The translations under genes were made by a program, and so were the position numbers. Below, in pieces: positions 61,770 to 64,000 of a DNA stretch of 64,000 nt. Numbering within the stretch: position 1 is the stretch's first letter; each line of letters begins with the position of its first letter. Origin of the DNA: the human T2T-CHM13v2.0 reference genome, Homo sapiens; assembly GCF_009914755.1 (NCBI RefSeq), contig NC_060948.1; one strand, given 5' to 3'. The notes beneath the pieces were generated by a model, which saw nothing but the letters and a program-made list of their open reading frames with translations, was not told the origin of the DNA and made no database searches.

Positions 61770-63324
61770 ATACGTATACATTATGTATATAATAATATAC
61801 AGTATCATATATATAATATATATAACCTATGTATAATATTGTTTTACATCCTGCATCTTATGTTATATATATTGTATAAAATATAATAATTGATAATATA
61901 TAAGTTTTATATCTATACAATATGACATATAGTATATATTATAATTTATGACATATATAATATATGTTATATATCATATATAGAATATATTATACGGTTA
62001 ATATACGTATTAAATATAAATTATACATTATATATATTATATATAATATATCTGTTATATATAATACCCATTATGCATAATATATATATTATGTCTATGT
62101 TATATATAGTATAAAACAACATATAATAATATATAATTGTATATATAAAATGCGACATATAATATATATTATATTTTATGACATATGTAATATATATTAT
62201 ATATTATATATAATACGTTGTATGTATAATACCTATATTAAATATATATTATATGACTATGTTATTAATTACATGTCACATATGTTATATATTATATATT
62301 TTACATAGAATATACCGGTTACATGCAGTATATACTATGTTACCTATAATGTATAATTGATTACATGTAAAATAAAGAATGCAATATATTATGTATAATT
62401 TATAATATACATTATGTGGAATGTGATATATATAACATATAATATATGATATATGATATACAGTATATGATATATAACATACAATATATGATACCTAATA
62501 TATATGGTATACAATATATATTTTATGATATGTATTCTATATGTTTTATATTCTGTTATATATAACTATTTGAAATTATATATAACTGTATAATATTTTA
62601 TGCAAATATGTAATATAATATATATAACTATATAATATATTATATATAACTATATATTATGTTATATATACTTTTATCACATAATTTACATTAAATATCA
62701 TAATATAATATATATTATATTATTTCACATTACATAATATATATGACATATCACCCAATATAAGTAACATACATAATATTATAATATAGATTATATTATG
62801 TTATATTAAATATCATATATATCATGTATCATATATTCTATAATATATATTACACATTATATAATATGTATGTTGTCTATTATGTGATATATATAACTAT
62901 ATATAATTATATTATTATACATATAACTAGATAAACATGTAATTCTACATATTTTCATTTATATTATATAGAATTATATAATCATATATAATTATTTATA
63001 CTCTATAAAAAATTATATCCTTATATAAATTATAATATATAAAAATTATAATATGTACTACATATATATATTATATATCATATATGATATAGTACCTTTG
63101 TTATATATCATAATACATATAAATGTGTATTATGTTATCTATAATTATATAATTTCATATATAAGTTGTATAATATGTATCAAATATTATATATGTTATG
63201 TAATATATATAGTATATATAAGCTGACACAGGATAAATATTATATACTATGACATATAAAATATATGAGGTTATATGTTACATATAAGGCATAGCACATA
63301 ACATGTAATATATATCATATATAA

Positions 63325-63616
63325 TTTTTTTTTAGACAGAGTCTTGTCCTGTTGCACAGGGTGGGGTACAATGGCGCCATCTTTGCTCACTGCAACATCT
63401 GCCTCAAGGGTCCAAGCGATTGGCCTCCCTCAGCCTCCCAGGTAGCTGGGACTACACCACACTGGGACTACAGCAGCTGCCACCACGCCTAGCTAATTTT
63501 TTGGATTTTTAGTAGTGACAGCGTTTCACTGTATTGGCCAGGATGGTCTTGATCTCTTCACCTTGTGATCCCCTTGCCTTGGCCTCCAAATTTGCTGGGA
63601 TTACAGGCCTGAGCCA
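63325..63616 (-). mobile_element. Alu in DYZ2 unit U27
   Basis: Copy of the U1 Alu. Confidence 0.95.
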
Positions 63617-64000
63617 AGATCCATATTTTTTAAATGAAAAAAAATTTGAAAGGTACTCTGCTTGGTACAATAATCAAATGTATAAACTGAGGAATAAAAC
63701 ATAACCATGAAACCTACTTATAACTGCATATGGAAAATACAGAGGATAATTTTTTAAATAACATATTTTGAAAGCCTTAACTAGTAATTTGAAGAGTTGG
63801 CATTTGAAAGGCCAGTATGAATATACCTTCAAAGCAGCAACACAGGTTCCCCATGAGAAAAAGCAAACACAGGGAAAATGAAAACACAAAGGTTCAATCT
63901 CTTCTGACCTTTGAAAGACACAGCACAGACAGTGGTCCTTAGGACGAAGAGCAGGAGACCCCTAATTCCGTCACCATGGCGATAGGGCATAAACATTGCT
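63617..64000. repeat. HSATI, U27 (truncated by window end)
   Basis: Copy of 745-1128. Confidence 0.8.

Overview
This window is not prokaryotic and has no credible protein-coding gene. All 64 kb is one head-to-tail tandem array of a ~2.42-kb composite unit: 27 Alu-bearing copies, Alu-to-Alu spacing 2415-2421 bp, all in the same orientation. On the + strand each unit has ~1.55 kb of degenerate (TA)-rich sequence, a ~292-bp antisense, slightly 5'-truncated, CpG-depleted Alu with a private 16-bp internal duplication, and a ~570-bp HSATI segment. This architecture, and a predicted 2143-bp HaeIII fragment, identify the known human DYZ2/HSat1B satellite, most likely from Yq12 heterochromatin. All listed ORFs are recurrent chance frames in the repeat. 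I found no new biological system. What the sequence does show is the array's internal history: two unit subfamilies, near-perfect local duplications and a triplication, a nascent two-unit (~4.84-kb) higher-order repeat, recombinant units, and haplotype segments repeated 7-39 kb apart. Units U1-U27 are numbered by Alu. Variant comparisons were made by eye at diagnostic sites, not by full alignment.
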